Assembly: GCA_965153455.1 (NCBI GenBank)
Contig: OZ234493.1
Span: 5,208,001-5,272,000 of the forward strand
Direction of reading: 5' to 3'
Length of the DNA: 64,000 bases
Source: Sphagnum compactum
Taxonomy: Eukaryota
Numbering within the stretch: position 1 is the stretch's first letter; every line of letters begins with the position of its first letter. Positions 40,561 through 54,619 of this stretch are shown piece by piece. The translations under genes were made by a program, and so were the position numbers. The notes beneath the pieces were generated by a model. The model ran no database searches. It worked only from the letters and a program-made list of their open reading frames with translations, and was not told the DNA's origin.

Positions 40561-43252
40561 CTCCAATCTCTATGGATGATGGAAACATAAATCAAGCAAG
40601 AAATGCACCCTAAATAAGACACCAAACCAGCCCTCAATTAATTGCCCACTAAATTGCTAGGAGCCTCACTTGAATCACACTTTTGAAGATTTTGATGACA
40701 CTAACTGTAATATGGGGTTCACCCAAGATCCAATGGAACGGGTATCACCTCTAAGCCTACCCCCATCAAAAGAAGAAGTACAAAATGGAGATAACAAAAC
40801 AAGCAATGATGATAATGACTTGGATATCCTTGAAGATTTCTGAACTCTTATTATAAGGTTTCATCTTGAAAAATAATCACAATTTGAAATCATAACTAAA
40901 ATTTTCAGTTTTTACATTTTTCGTTGCCTTGTATTATAAGCTATAACTTTTTTTAATACATCATGTAGATTATACCCCATTTATATGTGATAAAGGACTT
41001 TTATTTGGTTTTCAATTTTTGAAACAATTTTGAAATTTTCTTTGAATTTTTAAATTTTTAAAATCCGACATTTTAAAAACTATGAGTGTTTTTGAATGTG
41101 ACGAATAGGCTTATCATCTTTTTCCATCAAAACGTTTTTATTATATGAAGCCTTTTGATAGTCCTTTGTAAAATTGACTTTTAATGCAATAAGGTTCGCT
41201 TTCAAATGTCCTAAACTAAAATTTAGACTTAAGATTTGATCAAATTTATTTTTTGGTTTGAATTTCTTAACATCCATATGAGCAAAAAGTTAACAACTTG
41301 CCATGATCGCCATGGTTTCAAATGGCAAAACATAAATAATTATCCAACTTTGATTAGTTATGTCTATGGTTTGATGTCCTTTTTGAATTGTGATTACACC
41401 CATCTATAAAACTACAAATATCCTACCATTATGAAGACATGGAAAACATTATAAAAATCGTCACCTATTTTCTAAGTTTCTTTTTTCACCAACCAATAGT
41501 TTAACATGGGTGAATGGATGTTTGATATTCATCAAATTTTCCTTGTGTTCTCATTTGAATCATATAAAGACATAGGTGCACCACCTTATCAAATGCGTGT
41601 TTCATAACAAGTCTAATATCACACCACCTAATGAATTTCCCTAGCTAAAAATAAGAAGCTTGTGATTTTGTTTCTAAAAATCTATCATTATCATTATAAA
41701 TAGCCTTCACACTTTTTACTATGGGGTGAAAACACATTACAATGACCCATTTTTAGGCCTTTTGGTATTATATTATAAAATATATACCTCCCAAAATGTG
41801 TTGCATTTAATTTTGGGTTTGAATTATAGTGTTGGGGCATTAAAATTATAATTTTCACAAAACTAATGCTATCTAATATTATTTGAAATAAATAAATATA
41901 GGAACCATGGGTATATTTATGGTATACATGACATAATAAATATCAACATTCATTTAAAAACATCCATAATATCAAACATGTGTTATTATGTGTGTATTGT
42001 AAATAAACAATTATGTTTTTTTGGGTGTGTATTTGCACTAGATATTTGGTTTCATCAATCATTCAATAAATGTTTGAAAATGGATTCTATGCATTGGACC
42101 AATTCATAATGCTTATCACCTTGCATTTCAAAATCATTATTTGTTAAATTTTCAATAATTTACAATGTACTTATGCTTAACACCCTAGAAGACCCTCGTT
42201 TATAAGTTGAAAATTATCAAAATTTTCACATGGTTCACAAATATGTTCCAAATTAATTTAAATCACATGTGAAATTAATATTACAAATTTCATAAAGGGT
42301 AAAAACAAATTCAATTGGAGGAAAAAATACACAATTACAAATATTATTTTTGTACAAATATATTCTAGTCCACCATGATATACATATCAAATAATTAGTT
42401 TCTTTCTTATTTTATTCATTGGGTTATGTTCTACCATAAATATGTAGGCTCGAAAACACACACTCAAAAAATAATTACAACACATGACTACATAAAGGTT
42501 GTCATTATACAATGTGCTTTCACCTTATGGTTTAGAATAGTGTTTTGGGAATACTTGGGTTTGCCAAGGACTCATTGTTGGTTTCTATTTTGGTTACTTG
42601 AAACCTAGTTGGACATGGGTTTAAAATGTGGATTTGAGGTTGGGAAGGTTAGAGGAACTAATTGAAAACCCCCTACATTGAAAGGTAATTGTTTGTTTTA
42701 CGAAAAAACAAAACCAAGCCTAGTTCTTAAATGATCCAAAGAACCAAAACTAAACCAATGTTTTGAAAAAAAAATGGTTCCAACTCTAATTTAAGGCTAT
42801 GGGTTTTCATTGGCATTAAAGGTGGTGAATTGTTGTCAAAGGTTAAAGGTTAAAGCTTTTTTCCATAGTCATGTTCTTTTCATCGTTTGTTGTTACTTGT
42901 TACACCATCGCCATTTTCTTCTTGATTTTATTTTTGCATCAATGTTTGCACAATCGTATTATTTTTGTTTTTTTCACAGTAGCCCATAGTAGTGGTTGTG
43001 GTGTTCTCATTGTTGTTGTAACTTGCCATCGCCCGAGTATACCATCACCCTCCTCTTGTTCACCTTCTTATGGTCTCAATTATCATTGTCATGGTTTTTC
43101 CAATACTATAACTAATAATTTTTTATAATCACTTTCTTGATCTTGATGATCTTATGGTCCTTGTCTCACCATGGTTTTTTGTTGTTGTAGTCAACAATTG
43201 GTCGCCATCACCTTCATGATCTTCATAATCTTGTGTCTTGGTCATCATGATG

Positions 43253-44050
43253 GGGGTGAAAGCACACTAATGGTGAACCACTTTGTTCAAAAAAGGTGAT
43301 GTATAACAAGTATTATAGTACGCAATAAACTAAAATCATGATGGCATCCTTCAGCTAACCTAAACACAAGCAAAAAAATTTAAAATTTGCACAACAATAT
43401 TTTGAATCTCAAAGTTCACTTTGAGTCAAATTAATCTTGATCCACTGGTTAGATGAAGAGGATTGAATAAAATCAATGTACACAAAGTATATAACTTACA
43501 AATTTTTGATGACCATAGGGCCTCATGTTTGTGATTCATGAAACACTACCAAACAAAAGAAAATTGAAAAAATAATGTAATGCCCATTTATAAAATCTCC
43601 TCTTCTTTGATATGGTAGTGGTTTTTTCCTGAAAGGAGGATATTATTATGCATTCATTGCTAACAAAATGCAAAAATCACATTTTTGAATGCAATTTCAT
43701 GCAAAAGTTTTAAATTTTTAAATTGTTATATATTTAATTAATGTATATCAATATCATGCACCATAAAAAAAAAATCACCCAAAATTCCATTGACAACCTT
43801 ACTTTTGAAGTACATATTCAAAATTTTGAACTTTGTGACTAGTATTATTTGGTCACAAATATACAACATACATTCAAATTTTTCAATGTTTGTTGGAATT
43901 TTCAAAATAATTTCTAAAACTAATCAAATATACTTTTAAAAAAGTAAAAATACTCCAAGATGTGATGTCCATATGTTACCAAAAAAATTCATTGTAAAAA
44001 AATTATACTTGTGACTACAATTTTTGGGGGGCTTAGTGTGCTTTCACCCC
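43253..44050. mobile_element. MITE with perfect 18-bp TIRs
   Basis: GGGGTGAAAGCACACTAA / TTAGTGTGCTTTCACCCC; related termini at ~11691 and ~41723; no clear TSD. Confidence 0.75.
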
Positions 44051-44405
44051 TGGTTTTATGGTTCCTACATCCAATAACTACTTACCATCGCCCTCTTGAT
44101 GTTGTTAATCTTATGGTCTTGCTTGTTGTCATGGTGTCTTATTGTTATAATCAATAATTACCCAATTTTTTTTCATGATCTTGATGATCTTATGGTCTTG
44201 GTCATCGTCATGGTCTTTTCATTGATGTAACCAATAAATTCCCGCCATAGCCTTTTTGATCTTGATGATGATCTTGTGGTCTTGGTCATCATCATGGTCT
44301 TTTCAATGTTGTAGCCAAAACCTAAAATTATTGCCCTTTTAATTTTGATGATTTCTTAGTCTTATTCATCATCATGGCCTTATTGTTGTTGTAATTAACA
44401 ACTAC

Positions 44406-44559
44406 CATTACAACAAAAGGTGTTCCTGTACGCCAAGTGATTTCATTGGATTTTGAGTGAATTCACTGGTTGTAGTGAACGAGGATTAGTGAAAAAGCAG
44501 TGGATTCACTGGTCTAATGAATGGGGACTAGTGAACTGCACCCACATTTTGTAGTAGTG
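44406..44559. mobile_element. 154-bp CACTA-type mini-element
   Basis: CATTACAACAAAA...TTTTGTAGTAGTG termini, 3-bp TSD TAC on both sides; a second copy of the left end at ~62610-62655. Confidence 0.8.
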
Positions 44560-46699
44560 TACCACCATTACCTTCATGATCTTGATGATCTTGTGGTTTG
44601 TCATGGTCTTTTCATTGTTGTAACTAACAATTGTTGCCATTGCCTTCTTGATGTTGATGCTCTTGTGGTCTTGTTTCTCATCATGGTATTTTCATTGTTG
44701 CGATTAGTAGTTATTTACCATCTCCCTCCTGATTTTAGTCATGTTATAGTCCTAATTCTCAATTGTGACATTTGTGTTGTTTTCATTGCTACTTATTATA
44801 GCCAATAATTAACCATTATTGAATGTCTTTTGATTTTTTGGGGGTTTAGGTTTTAATGCCATGGAAATTTACCAAATTCCTCTTGCAAAGGTGATTGTTC
44901 CCACTTAACCTCCATTAAAACATTATTGTTATGGTTTTTGCATTAGGTTTTGGTGCAAGTACAAGCATAACACAAGCAAAAAACTCTACAACCATAGATG
45001 GTACATGGTAAAAACAAATTACACTCCCCAAAAAGTGTAGTCACAAATAGAGTTTCTATAAATTTCATAATTTTGGGTTCATATGGACATCACATATTGG
45101 ATTTGTTTTGTTCTTTTCAGGTATATTTGATTAGCTTTAAACTTAAATTAGTCAATTCATTAAAAATCTCCAACTAGCATTGAAGAATTTGAACACATGA
45201 AATATATTTGTGGGTGAATGCACAATCCACTTGCTCACTTTTAGACAAATTAGGAAATCCATATAAGTCAAAAGTTTAATTTTTAGCCCAATTAATTAAT
45301 TACGTGGACTACTTTTATTGGTTAATGTGATGTCATGGTTTCCTCACGCAAGAAGTACGTGTTCGACACAGGGTAATTTTTAAATATGTGTTAGGGTTTT
45401 TGGCTGGTTCAACTATAACTATCCACCAGCTTCAAGTTAGATGCACCTAGGGAAGACCTTCAGTGCCTTCATGCTTGTCGTGTACTGCATTGCTAGATTG
45501 TTACACGTGTTGTGGCAAAGCTTTTACGAACGTAGGAAATACCATTTGAGTGTATGACACCAATATTCTAACCTTCTTTTAAAACTTGAATAGTATACTC
45601 AAGATCTCTTAGTATGTCACAATCGGTAGACACTGATGTACGTATAGGCGGGAAAATCACGACTAAGGTGAAAATAGAAGGCGGAATTGTCCCAACATGC
45701 TATGTTGACCCTTTGTATGGAATAAAGCTTAACATTCTTTTTGACGAAAACTAAGTTGTTTCGGATAAGTTTTTGGGAGAAGTATGGCATCTCCAACAAA
45801 GGTATAACACCTAAAAGACTAAAGATAGGGAAAGATAAAAGAAGAGGTTATAGCCTTATTTGGGCCTTGTAGTCATAATGGTTATAAATACTGCCACAAC
45901 AAGGATGAAGCTTGATATCCAAAGTAGAAACCTTGTGGACGATCTTACACTAGAGTATTCAAGTGTCCAACACTCGGATGATTAACAAAGCCGAGGCCCA
46001 CGAGATTGCTTACGAAATCAAAAAAGGCCAGAAGGTGAACTAGTGCGTGTTGGCCGAGTGGACCATACGTGGCCAACTTCATAGGTTACAATCTTTAGAA
46101 GTAGTTATATCTAACAAACTTGTCCCTAGACTAGATCTAGATAATTTTGTGGGTTTAGATAGGGAGGAGGAGGAGGGTTTTATGCCATATTTGTCCAACA
46201 TGCCCAAATCATTGAGCAAATAATAGGTGCCTATTCTTGGCGAATCTTTGGTCCAGTGCATCAAGCATTAGTAAGTGTACATTTCCAATTTGCAGAGGGA
46301 CCTTCCAGCCCTAAAAGAAATCGTCTCCTTACTACAAAAGGTGAAAGAGGAGGCCTAGAAGGAATTTGATAAGGTCGAAGGTCAAACTAAGTACAGACTC
46401 ATGTTTATTTCATCTGGACACACAAAGTTGACTTGTTGCTTGAAGAGCTTGAGGCATTGGTCAAGAAGGTTGAGGTTTTGCATTGTCATAATAACACAGA
46501 GGAGACAATGAAAACAACTTTTGTTGAAAAATAACTTCTGCAAAAGAAATTTGATACGCAAATCTGCTCGATTGATAGCTTTAGAGATTTATCCAAATAG
46601 GGGACGAAGAGCGCACGAGGTTGCATAAAAAACATGAATCAATAGAGGAGGCATGGTGCTCTACACTCTTGAAGTTGGATGGCTAGAAGCGACACAAGT

Positions 46700-46985
46700 T
46701 GACGTTATGTGTTCAAATCCAAGCGATGCTAAGTGGGAATCAACGCCCAACTTTCGCCCCATCACCATTGCCATTTTTAGGTTTGGAGGGTGAAAATGAA
46801 GTTGCTTATCCATGCCTAATAAGGATTTTGCCTTGCCCATTTTGTCACAAGTTGTTTGAGCCTGCTCGGGATGTTAAGATGACGTCTTACAAACACCCAT
46901 ATCATTTTTAGCATGTGTTAAATCATTTGTCTACATCTACTAAATGTTTGTATAAAGGGTGTGGGCAAAAGATGCATCCCCTGTG
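46700..46985 (+). pseudogene. Decayed RING-finger-like coding remnant, probably a TE accessory ORF
   Basis: CPFCHKLFEPARDVKMTSYKHPYHF*HVLNHLSTSTKCLYKGC shows RING-like Cys/His spacing with substitutions and an in-frame TAG. Confidence 0.4.
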
Positions 46986-47109
46986 ATGGGTACAAACAAG
47001 AATAAAAAAAGCCCAACGTCGTTGAAGAAGCGGAACCACGAATGGATTGGACTACAACGGTTCTTATTTCGGGCGATTATGATAATGAGTTATTTTGCAT
47101 CCCCTATGT

Positions 47110-47740
47110 TGTTTTTGTTTCCTTTGTTGATGTTTAGTTTTGCAACATTTCTATCTTATAATTGTGGGTTTGCATAATCCAAACAACCTTGATGTTGCTT
47201 AAATGTTTTTAAGTCATAAGCAAAAGTTTTTGTAGTCAATCAATTTATTATTGTGTAAATCAGTTGTGGCCTTCTCCTTGAATTAATGCCACCTTGAATC
47301 AAGTGTGAGCCATAGACTTGTTCAAATCTTTGTGAGTTTTGCATCATTTGTGTTTTAAGGTTATAGGTTTGCACAATCTAAACCACCTTACAATTGTTTA
47401 AACTTTTTGCCTATCATAAACATAAGTTTCTATAGTCAATCAATTTATTACTATGTATATTAAGTGCTATCATTGTTTCCTTGAATTATTGCCACTTTCA
47501 ATCCAATGTGAGCCATGGATTTGGTTCAAATCTTTGTTGAGTTTTGCAACATTTCTATTTTAGGGTTGCAGGTTTACCCAATCGAACCACCTTGCTATTT
47601 ATAAAAAAAATTAGATCACTTGAGCAAAAGGTTTTGCAATCTGTTAGTTTATTGTTGTGAAGATTAGCTATGGCCCCCTCCCTTAATTAATGTTACCATG
47701 AATCCAGTGTGAGCCATGATTTTGTTCATGGATGCAAAGT
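47110..47740. repeat. Three diverged ~200-bp tandem units
   Basis: ATCxAxTGTGAGCCAT...TTGTTCA recurs at ~47298, ~47500 and ~47701. Confidence 0.7.
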
Positions 47741-48564
47741 TTCACAAGTTTGTTTAAGGATTTTATTTTTCCAGTAGTTTTGCTACAATGTGTTGTGGTT
47801 GGCAGACTCACACCACAAAGTACCTTCATAGTCCATGTTATTTCATAATCATCACAACTTTTGTCAAATACCTAGTAAGTTTGCCATTTAGTCCTTAAAA
47901 AGTCATGTCAATTGTTCCATTTTGCCTAAATTTATCTTATGAGAATACTCAAGTATTTGTTTAATAATCAATCCAAGCTCTTCCAATGTTTACAAAATTC
48001 CATAAATGTCTTATGTCTATATGAAAGTCACTTAAACTTCCATTAGTGTTCACGTTTGGTTTCATTGAATTATTTCTTGAATTCTGTAAGTTTCTTAGAA
48101 CCACAAGAAGTTTCTCCCATTTTCAAAAGCCTCCATGTGACTCTTCAATGGTCCAATTCAAGTGGTAGACATTTACTAACTAGTTTCCAATGTCCAAATG
48201 TCTTCATTTAACTTCCCATTTATTGTTAGCAACTAGTATAACCCTATGTCTGTCCATGTAATTTCCATCTTTAGTCCAATGTGTCTTGTTGACTTAGTCC
48301 CTGAAATTTGATTGTAGTCCAAGTATAATCCCTCTTGAGTTTCACGTGTTGTTGACAGTCACTTTCACCCCATCTACAATCCTAGAGTTTTCATTTGGAA
48401 TCCCACAGCTGTTGATGTCATCACTAAAACCTAACAACACTCCATTTTTAGTTCTTCACATCCCAAGAATTCATTGGAACCTTGCATTGTGGTCCATGGG
48501 ATTCATTTGGAGTCCTTTTTGTAAATTAGCCATCACTAAAACTCCAATTTGCCATCCATGAACA

Positions 48565-48785
48565 CATAACCTGCATCTTTGGTCATGTATTTCACCTAGT
48601 TGGTCCCAAACACCTTGCAATAATCCATAACTTGCATCTTCAATCCCACATGTCTCCTAGTTGGTCCCTAACACGTTGCAATACTCCATAACCAACATTT
48701 TCAGTCCCATATGTTTCCTAGCTAATCCCTAACACCTTGTGCAAGTCTATGTAACCCACATCTTCAATCCTATATGTTTCTTAGC
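48565..48785. repeat. 61-bp tandem repeat, about 3.5 copies
   Basis: CATAAC...CATCTT...CCTAGTTGGTCCC.AACAC.TTGCAA units start at 48565, 48626, 48687 and ~48750. Confidence 0.8.
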
Positions 48786-51071
48786 AAAATGCAAGAAAAC
48801 TCAGCCTACAAAGAAGAAATTGTTGTTAGGTTCTGCTGCTCGAGAAAAGCAAACACTTGCAGACAATTTAAGATTTTCACAATGTGAAGAGGAGGATGGG
48901 GAAGAGGAGGTTTAGGATGAGGAAGAGGACCATGAGGAGGAGGAGGAGCAGGCGGTAGAAGGTACAGGTACATTTAAGAAGGGTAAATTTGATAAGGAGC
49001 AGCAAAATGACCAAACTGTGGAAAGCCCCCTAAAGAAGATGAAGAAACGTGAGAAAATGCCAGTTGCTATGAGGGTTTCTACTTGTACAAAGATTCGAGT
49101 TGTAAAGGCTACCAAATTGAATCCTAGGAAATAGACTATATGCCATATGTACCATGTATGCAATCTAAATGCCAAGGATTTGGATAGGTGGAGACAAATC
49201 AACTTGCACATGAGTTTTCAACATCACATCTCACTTGGCTACAAGCACCTTGCAGACTATATAGAGTTAAATTATAGCTCAAGGTTTAATATAGCAAGGT
49301 TGATGGCATTATCAAACTTTACACATTAATTCTCATATCAAGTCTGCTTGCATTATTTTGTATTGTGGGCTTTAGGGTTTTTGTGTATGTGGAAGTGCAC
49401 ATTGTAATTGGATTTTAGCAGCACTAGGAGAAATGTAATATGTAAAAATATTGGCCTATGCAGCATGGCAGTTCTCTAAACATTTGAATGGGTTCTTGTT
49501 CTCTTCACAGCTCAATTTCACACATTGTGTTTACTAGCTTGTTACAATTGTCTTGGCATGAATTTTATGTTGTTTTACTATGAGGCTAATGTGTCCTAGT
49601 TTTGAATGCAAGTGGGCCATCATCCTGGGGCAACTTAACAAAACTTGGGTGGATATCATCCATGCACCAAGCTTTAAGTCTTTAGCCCAACTATTAGATC
49701 CACATGATTCAAACATGCCATCTGCATTAGAGAACCCTAAAATTAACAATTGCCTTTAAACAAAAGGTTTTGTTTGAGTTTGAGTTTGATTAAGCTATTT
49801 TCATCCCCTATTCACAACTCTTTTTAATTTGTGATGAAATAGATTGAGTGGAAACTCTATATTAGTTGCCAAGTTGTTGGCAACGAATGGTTTTAAAGGA
49901 GCCATTGCTAGTGGCATAGAAGGCCTAGTTATTTGGCCAATTTGTTTCTCGCTCTTCTCTCCCATCATCATTCCATTGTTTTCTTTACATGATTCCCTAT
50001 GTTCAAGCTATCAATTTTCTAACCCATAAGTTTTAGATCAAGTTGGAGTTTTAAATAAATGGATTATCTATCTCCTTTATAGAAAAGTACACTAAATAGA
50101 TTTGTAACCTTTTGCAAATTGTCTCCTATATGTTTTCTTGCACAACTGGTATCCTCAATGGGGTTTGTGTGTGTCATGGTAGTTTTTTATGCATATTCAT
50201 GCGGTTATTGAATGAATAGTCATACGTGGACATTTCTGTTCTTGGGGGTTAATGTGTGATTTTCGCAGGTTATAGAATTAGCTAAATTGATTATTTGAAT
50301 CAATGTTGTCAGTATATGATTAACATTGAAGGAAAAAGTGGTGAGTTGATTGAATCTGGCAGGTCATTTGGTACTTGATTGAATCACCAAATGCCAAATT
50401 CACGATATGAAGGAAAGAACTTTCCTCTTTTATTTCTATATCCCGGGAGAATTCTTCCGACTAAACAAGTGCTCCAAGTTGAGGATCACATCAACAAAAC
50501 ACACGATAGTTTATGCCTAAGTTTGATTACATATGATAACAATTGGACACCTAGAAATAATTTTCTAAACTCTCTAAATTTTTTTAACTTTATGCATAAC
50601 CCTATTGCATTGTGCATTTGTGTAAGTCTATGTCCGACGTGCATTAAGCTATAGTAAGGGACAATTTGAGTTTCATTATGTCGTCGTCTACCCAAATTAT
50701 TAGGTAGAGTTTTTTTTTACTGAAATAGTCTAATGCCCTTGCATCCACTAGATCTGATGCTCTTGCATCCATTAGATGGCAATTTGGGTTGCAAATTAAG
50801 CCTCCTTCAAAAGCTTGTTTTCATTAGGGTTTGTACTAGTTTTTCAATTTTATGTTTTTTGAGTTGGTGTCCAAAAACTTTTAATGCTTTTAATGGAGTT
50901 GTGAGCTCCACATTATATTGTGCTTTTGGGTGAGAAAACTCTAATGGATTTAGTTTTCTTTGTCCCAATGTTGTTCAATCTTGTAATACATTGCCATTAA
51001 CACTTTTACTTATGTGTTGTCAGTTTAAGGTTCAATGATTCCATAACCTTAGTGCCCTATTGTTGATGTAG

Positions 51072-51805
51072 GATGCAAAGAAAGGAGTCTTTTTCATTGA
51101 TTTTCCTCCAATGCTCCAATTGCAGTTGAAGCGATTTGAATATGACTTCATGCGAAATATAATGGTCAAGGTGAGTAAGTTGTTCAAGGTGCTTTATTGG
51201 GGATAAGAGATCTTATTGTCTTTTGGATGTCACTACAAGGAAAAGAACCCAATCCTAATTTGTTATTCTTTCAAATATGTGGGTAGAAGGTGGCTTTCCA
51301 TCATGCTTTGCTGCATGATTTTATGATAGCTAATCACTACCATACATGTTGTTGATGGTTGTTGAACACATATGACTGTTGCTAGCTCCCAATTATTTTT
51401 TTAGCTTTTCTCTAGTTTTTGGGGTTGGGTGGTTCTTCCACCAATTTTTTTCCCTCTTTCCTATTTATTAATGTCACCATGTCTAAAATATTTATACTTT
51501 ATTGCCAGTTCACCTTTCAAGTTGACTCAAATTGTAAGTAGGATAGGATAACATATGTTAACTACATGAATAAAACAAGGATGAATAATAGATGGGTGTG
51601 GCCACTTTCCTACATTCACATTTTGGGAATTCATTGTCACTATTGCTGAAAGTCAAAGATATTTTAGGTTGATAAATATTGGCTTGCTTTGGCAGATCAA
51701 TGATCAATAAGAGTTCCCACTATAGTTTGACCTTGATAGGGAGAATGGCAAGTATCTCTCTCCCAATGCAGACTATAGTGTGCACAACTTGTACACCTTG
51801 CACAT
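51072..51805 (+). pseudogene. UBP12: Two pseudo-exons plus intron of ubiquitin-specific protease UBP12/13 (USP7-like)
   Basis: 51072-51170 DAKKGVFFIDFPPMLQLQLKRFEYDFMRNIMVK|GTGAG; 51696-51805 INDQ*EFPL*FDLDRENGKYLSPNADYSVHNLYTLH with two stops; no other UBP12 exons recognised in the window. Confidence 0.85.
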
Positions 51806-52083
51806 GTTTGTAATCAAAGCTATTTCTTTTGATTATCTTTTTTCATTGCACCCAAAGTGATGTGTTAGAAAGTTAATTAATACTCATGCATAAGAAAGGA
51901 ATCAAAAGTCGCTAAAAGTAATCTTAAACTTTGTTTGTGTGTGCTGCAGGTAGTTTAGAACCAACAACAGTGCAAAATATTTACAAACCTTTGGTAATGT
52001 AGGCGGCATCGTTAAAGAGTACTTGATGAGTATGGCTGTATAGTCCTTTCAAGTTTTGAATTATCTTTTCTATTGTCACCTTC

Positions 52084-52571
52084 TATTGGAAACAACTTGA
52101 AAACAAGCAAGAAATGAAAGATTCAAGGTTCATGAAATGGGACAATTGTATTAACTAACAAGAATCACAAAGGTTGTATGCTTCCAATGCTACAATCACA
52201 AAACTATGGTTTCCAACAACTAATAAGGCTTAAAGGTTTTTTGTGCACTCAAAACCATGAAAGGAGAGAATGAAATATTCTTCAAAACCACTCCAATATA
52301 TACTACCTCCTAACCTTAAAGTAGCCGCCACTTAACCCTAACCTAGCCACTGCCTAACCCTAGCCGCCACCAAACCCTAACCCTAGCTGCCAACAAATCC
52401 TAACCCTAGCCGCCACCAAACCTTAATCCTAGCCATCACCAAGCCCTAAGTAGCCTCCACTTCCAAACCCTAACCTAACTACTATAAGGATGTGAATATT
52501 ATTCATCCTTTTGTTGAATGTTTACCACATTCATCAACATTGGGAATTAGAAACGAATAGTATTTCTAACA
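52084..52571 (-). repeat. 3' LTR of the Copia element
   Basis: Direct repeat of ~57270-57644; adjacent to the PPT; terminal CA appears mutated to TA. Confidence 0.88.
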
Positions 52572-54619
52572 CTCCCATTTTATGAAGTTTCTAATCCAAA
52601 CATGGTTATCAATTTGTTATGTCGTTCTTTTGATAATGCCTTGGAAAGCACATCCGCCACCATGTCCTCCGTTGAACAATATTCGAACGTAACTTTGCCA
52701 TTTTCAATTCGTTCTTGAACAAAGTGATGTTGCACATCAATGTGCTTTACTCAAGCATGTTGCATGGGATTCTTCGTCAATGATATTGCACCTTGGTTGT
52801 CACATCGAATCACCATCGCCTTTTCCTCTTCCATATACCTTAATTCCTTCATGAACTTTGTCATTCATATGGCCTCCTTGGTAGCTTGCGTACTTGCCAT
52901 GTATTTGGCTTCTGTCGTCAACAAAGCGATTATGGGTTGTCGTTTGCTATTCCAAGAAATGACTCCACCTCCTATCACGAATACGAACCCTGTGGTGGAT
53001 CTCTTATCCTCAAGGTCACCGGCCCAATCCGCATCGTAATATCCGACCAAATCTTGTGGTGATAATCCTCCGAAGCGCAATTTGAATTGCAAAGTGCCTT
53101 ACAAGTATCAAAAAATGCGCTTGACCGTAATCCAATGTTCTAGGCTTGAATTTGCCATGTATTGACTCATTACGCTTATTGGGTATGCCAAATCTGGTCG
53201 AGTACACAACATGGCATACATCAAGGATGCCACAGCTTATTGATAAGGAATCTTCACCATTTCATCATCCTTGTTCACATTCTTCTTCAACTTTGTCTTG
53301 GGATCAAGTGGCATTCCGATGGCTTTGCAATCCTCCATGCGAAAACGTTTGAGAATCTCCTTGAGATAACTAATTTGGTTGATGTAAAGAAAACGTTGTG
53401 CACAATCCCTTTCCACTTCCATGCCAAGGAAGAAATGCAAATCACCAAGATCTTTCATTTCGAATTTTTGAGAAAGTTATTATTTCATTTGCAAAAGCTT
53501 GCCCTTATTATTGCACATCAATATGAGATCATCGACATAAATGACAATGAAAAATTTGACATCTCCAACTTGCGCAATGTACACACTGAAATCCACATCA
53601 CTCTTCACAAACTCGATGCTTTTCAAAAAAACATCTAGCTTTTGGTTCCAAGCCCTTGGAGATTGTTTCAAGCCCTATAATGATTTGTGAAGCTTACACA
53701 CAAGATGTTCTCCTTCATGTGTGAATCCTTCGGGTTGTTCCATGTAGATCTCCTCTTCAAGGTCACCATTGAGAAATGTGGTTTTGACGTCCATTTGATG
53801 AATCTCCATGTCTTCAATGGTCGCTAGTGCAAGGATACAACGAATTGACACAAACTTCGCAACGGATGCAAAAGTTTTGTTATAATTGACTCCAAATGTT
53901 TGGGTGAAACCTCTTGCCACAAGTCTGGCCTTGTAACATTCGACTTCACCATCGACCCCATGTTTGATTTTGAACACCCATTTGCAACCCACCAATCATG
54001 AAGCCACTCTTTATGTTGTTTTTGGGGCCTTTCTCTTCGTCCATCTTGTTGCGGTTCATTCAAACCTTCATTTTGTGGAGGAGCACATTCTTCTTCTAAA
54101 GAAGTGTTTGATGTAGATTCATTACCTTCCACATCTTCTGCTAGTCTCTCTTTCAAAGATATAGGATTAACATCCTTAACAAGTTCATCATCATTCACGA
54201 TTTCATCCACAACAACGTGTTCTGCTTGATTTGAAGGGGGTCTATTATCATGAACACCTTTAACTTCTTTCGTCCCTTCAAAAAACACAACATCTTGACT
54301 TTTGATGATCCTTTGGTTTCTACACACATCAAGCGATATGCTTTGGTCCCTTCACAATACCCTAAAAACACATAAGGTATGGATTTAGACTCTAATTTGC
54401 TTTTCTTTTCATCAGGAATGTGCACAAATGTTTTGCAACCAAAAACTCTCAAATGAAATACATCGGGCTTTGTACCAGTCCATGCTTCTTGCAAGTCTTT
54501 GAATCAAGAGCTTTAGTTGGGCATCGATTTTTGATGTAAACCACCGTGATCACTGCTTCGGCCCAAAACTCCAAATCAAGTCCTTGTGCATGAATCATGT
54601 TTCTAGCACATTCCATGAT

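Larger units (their letters stand above)
42870..44800. repeat. Degenerate ~70-bp tandem array (CATGGTCTTTTCATTGTTGTA...CTTGATGATCTTGTGGTC) split by two MITE insertions
   Basis: Units recur at ~43130-43250, 44060-44400 and 44563-44760. Confidence 0.65.
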
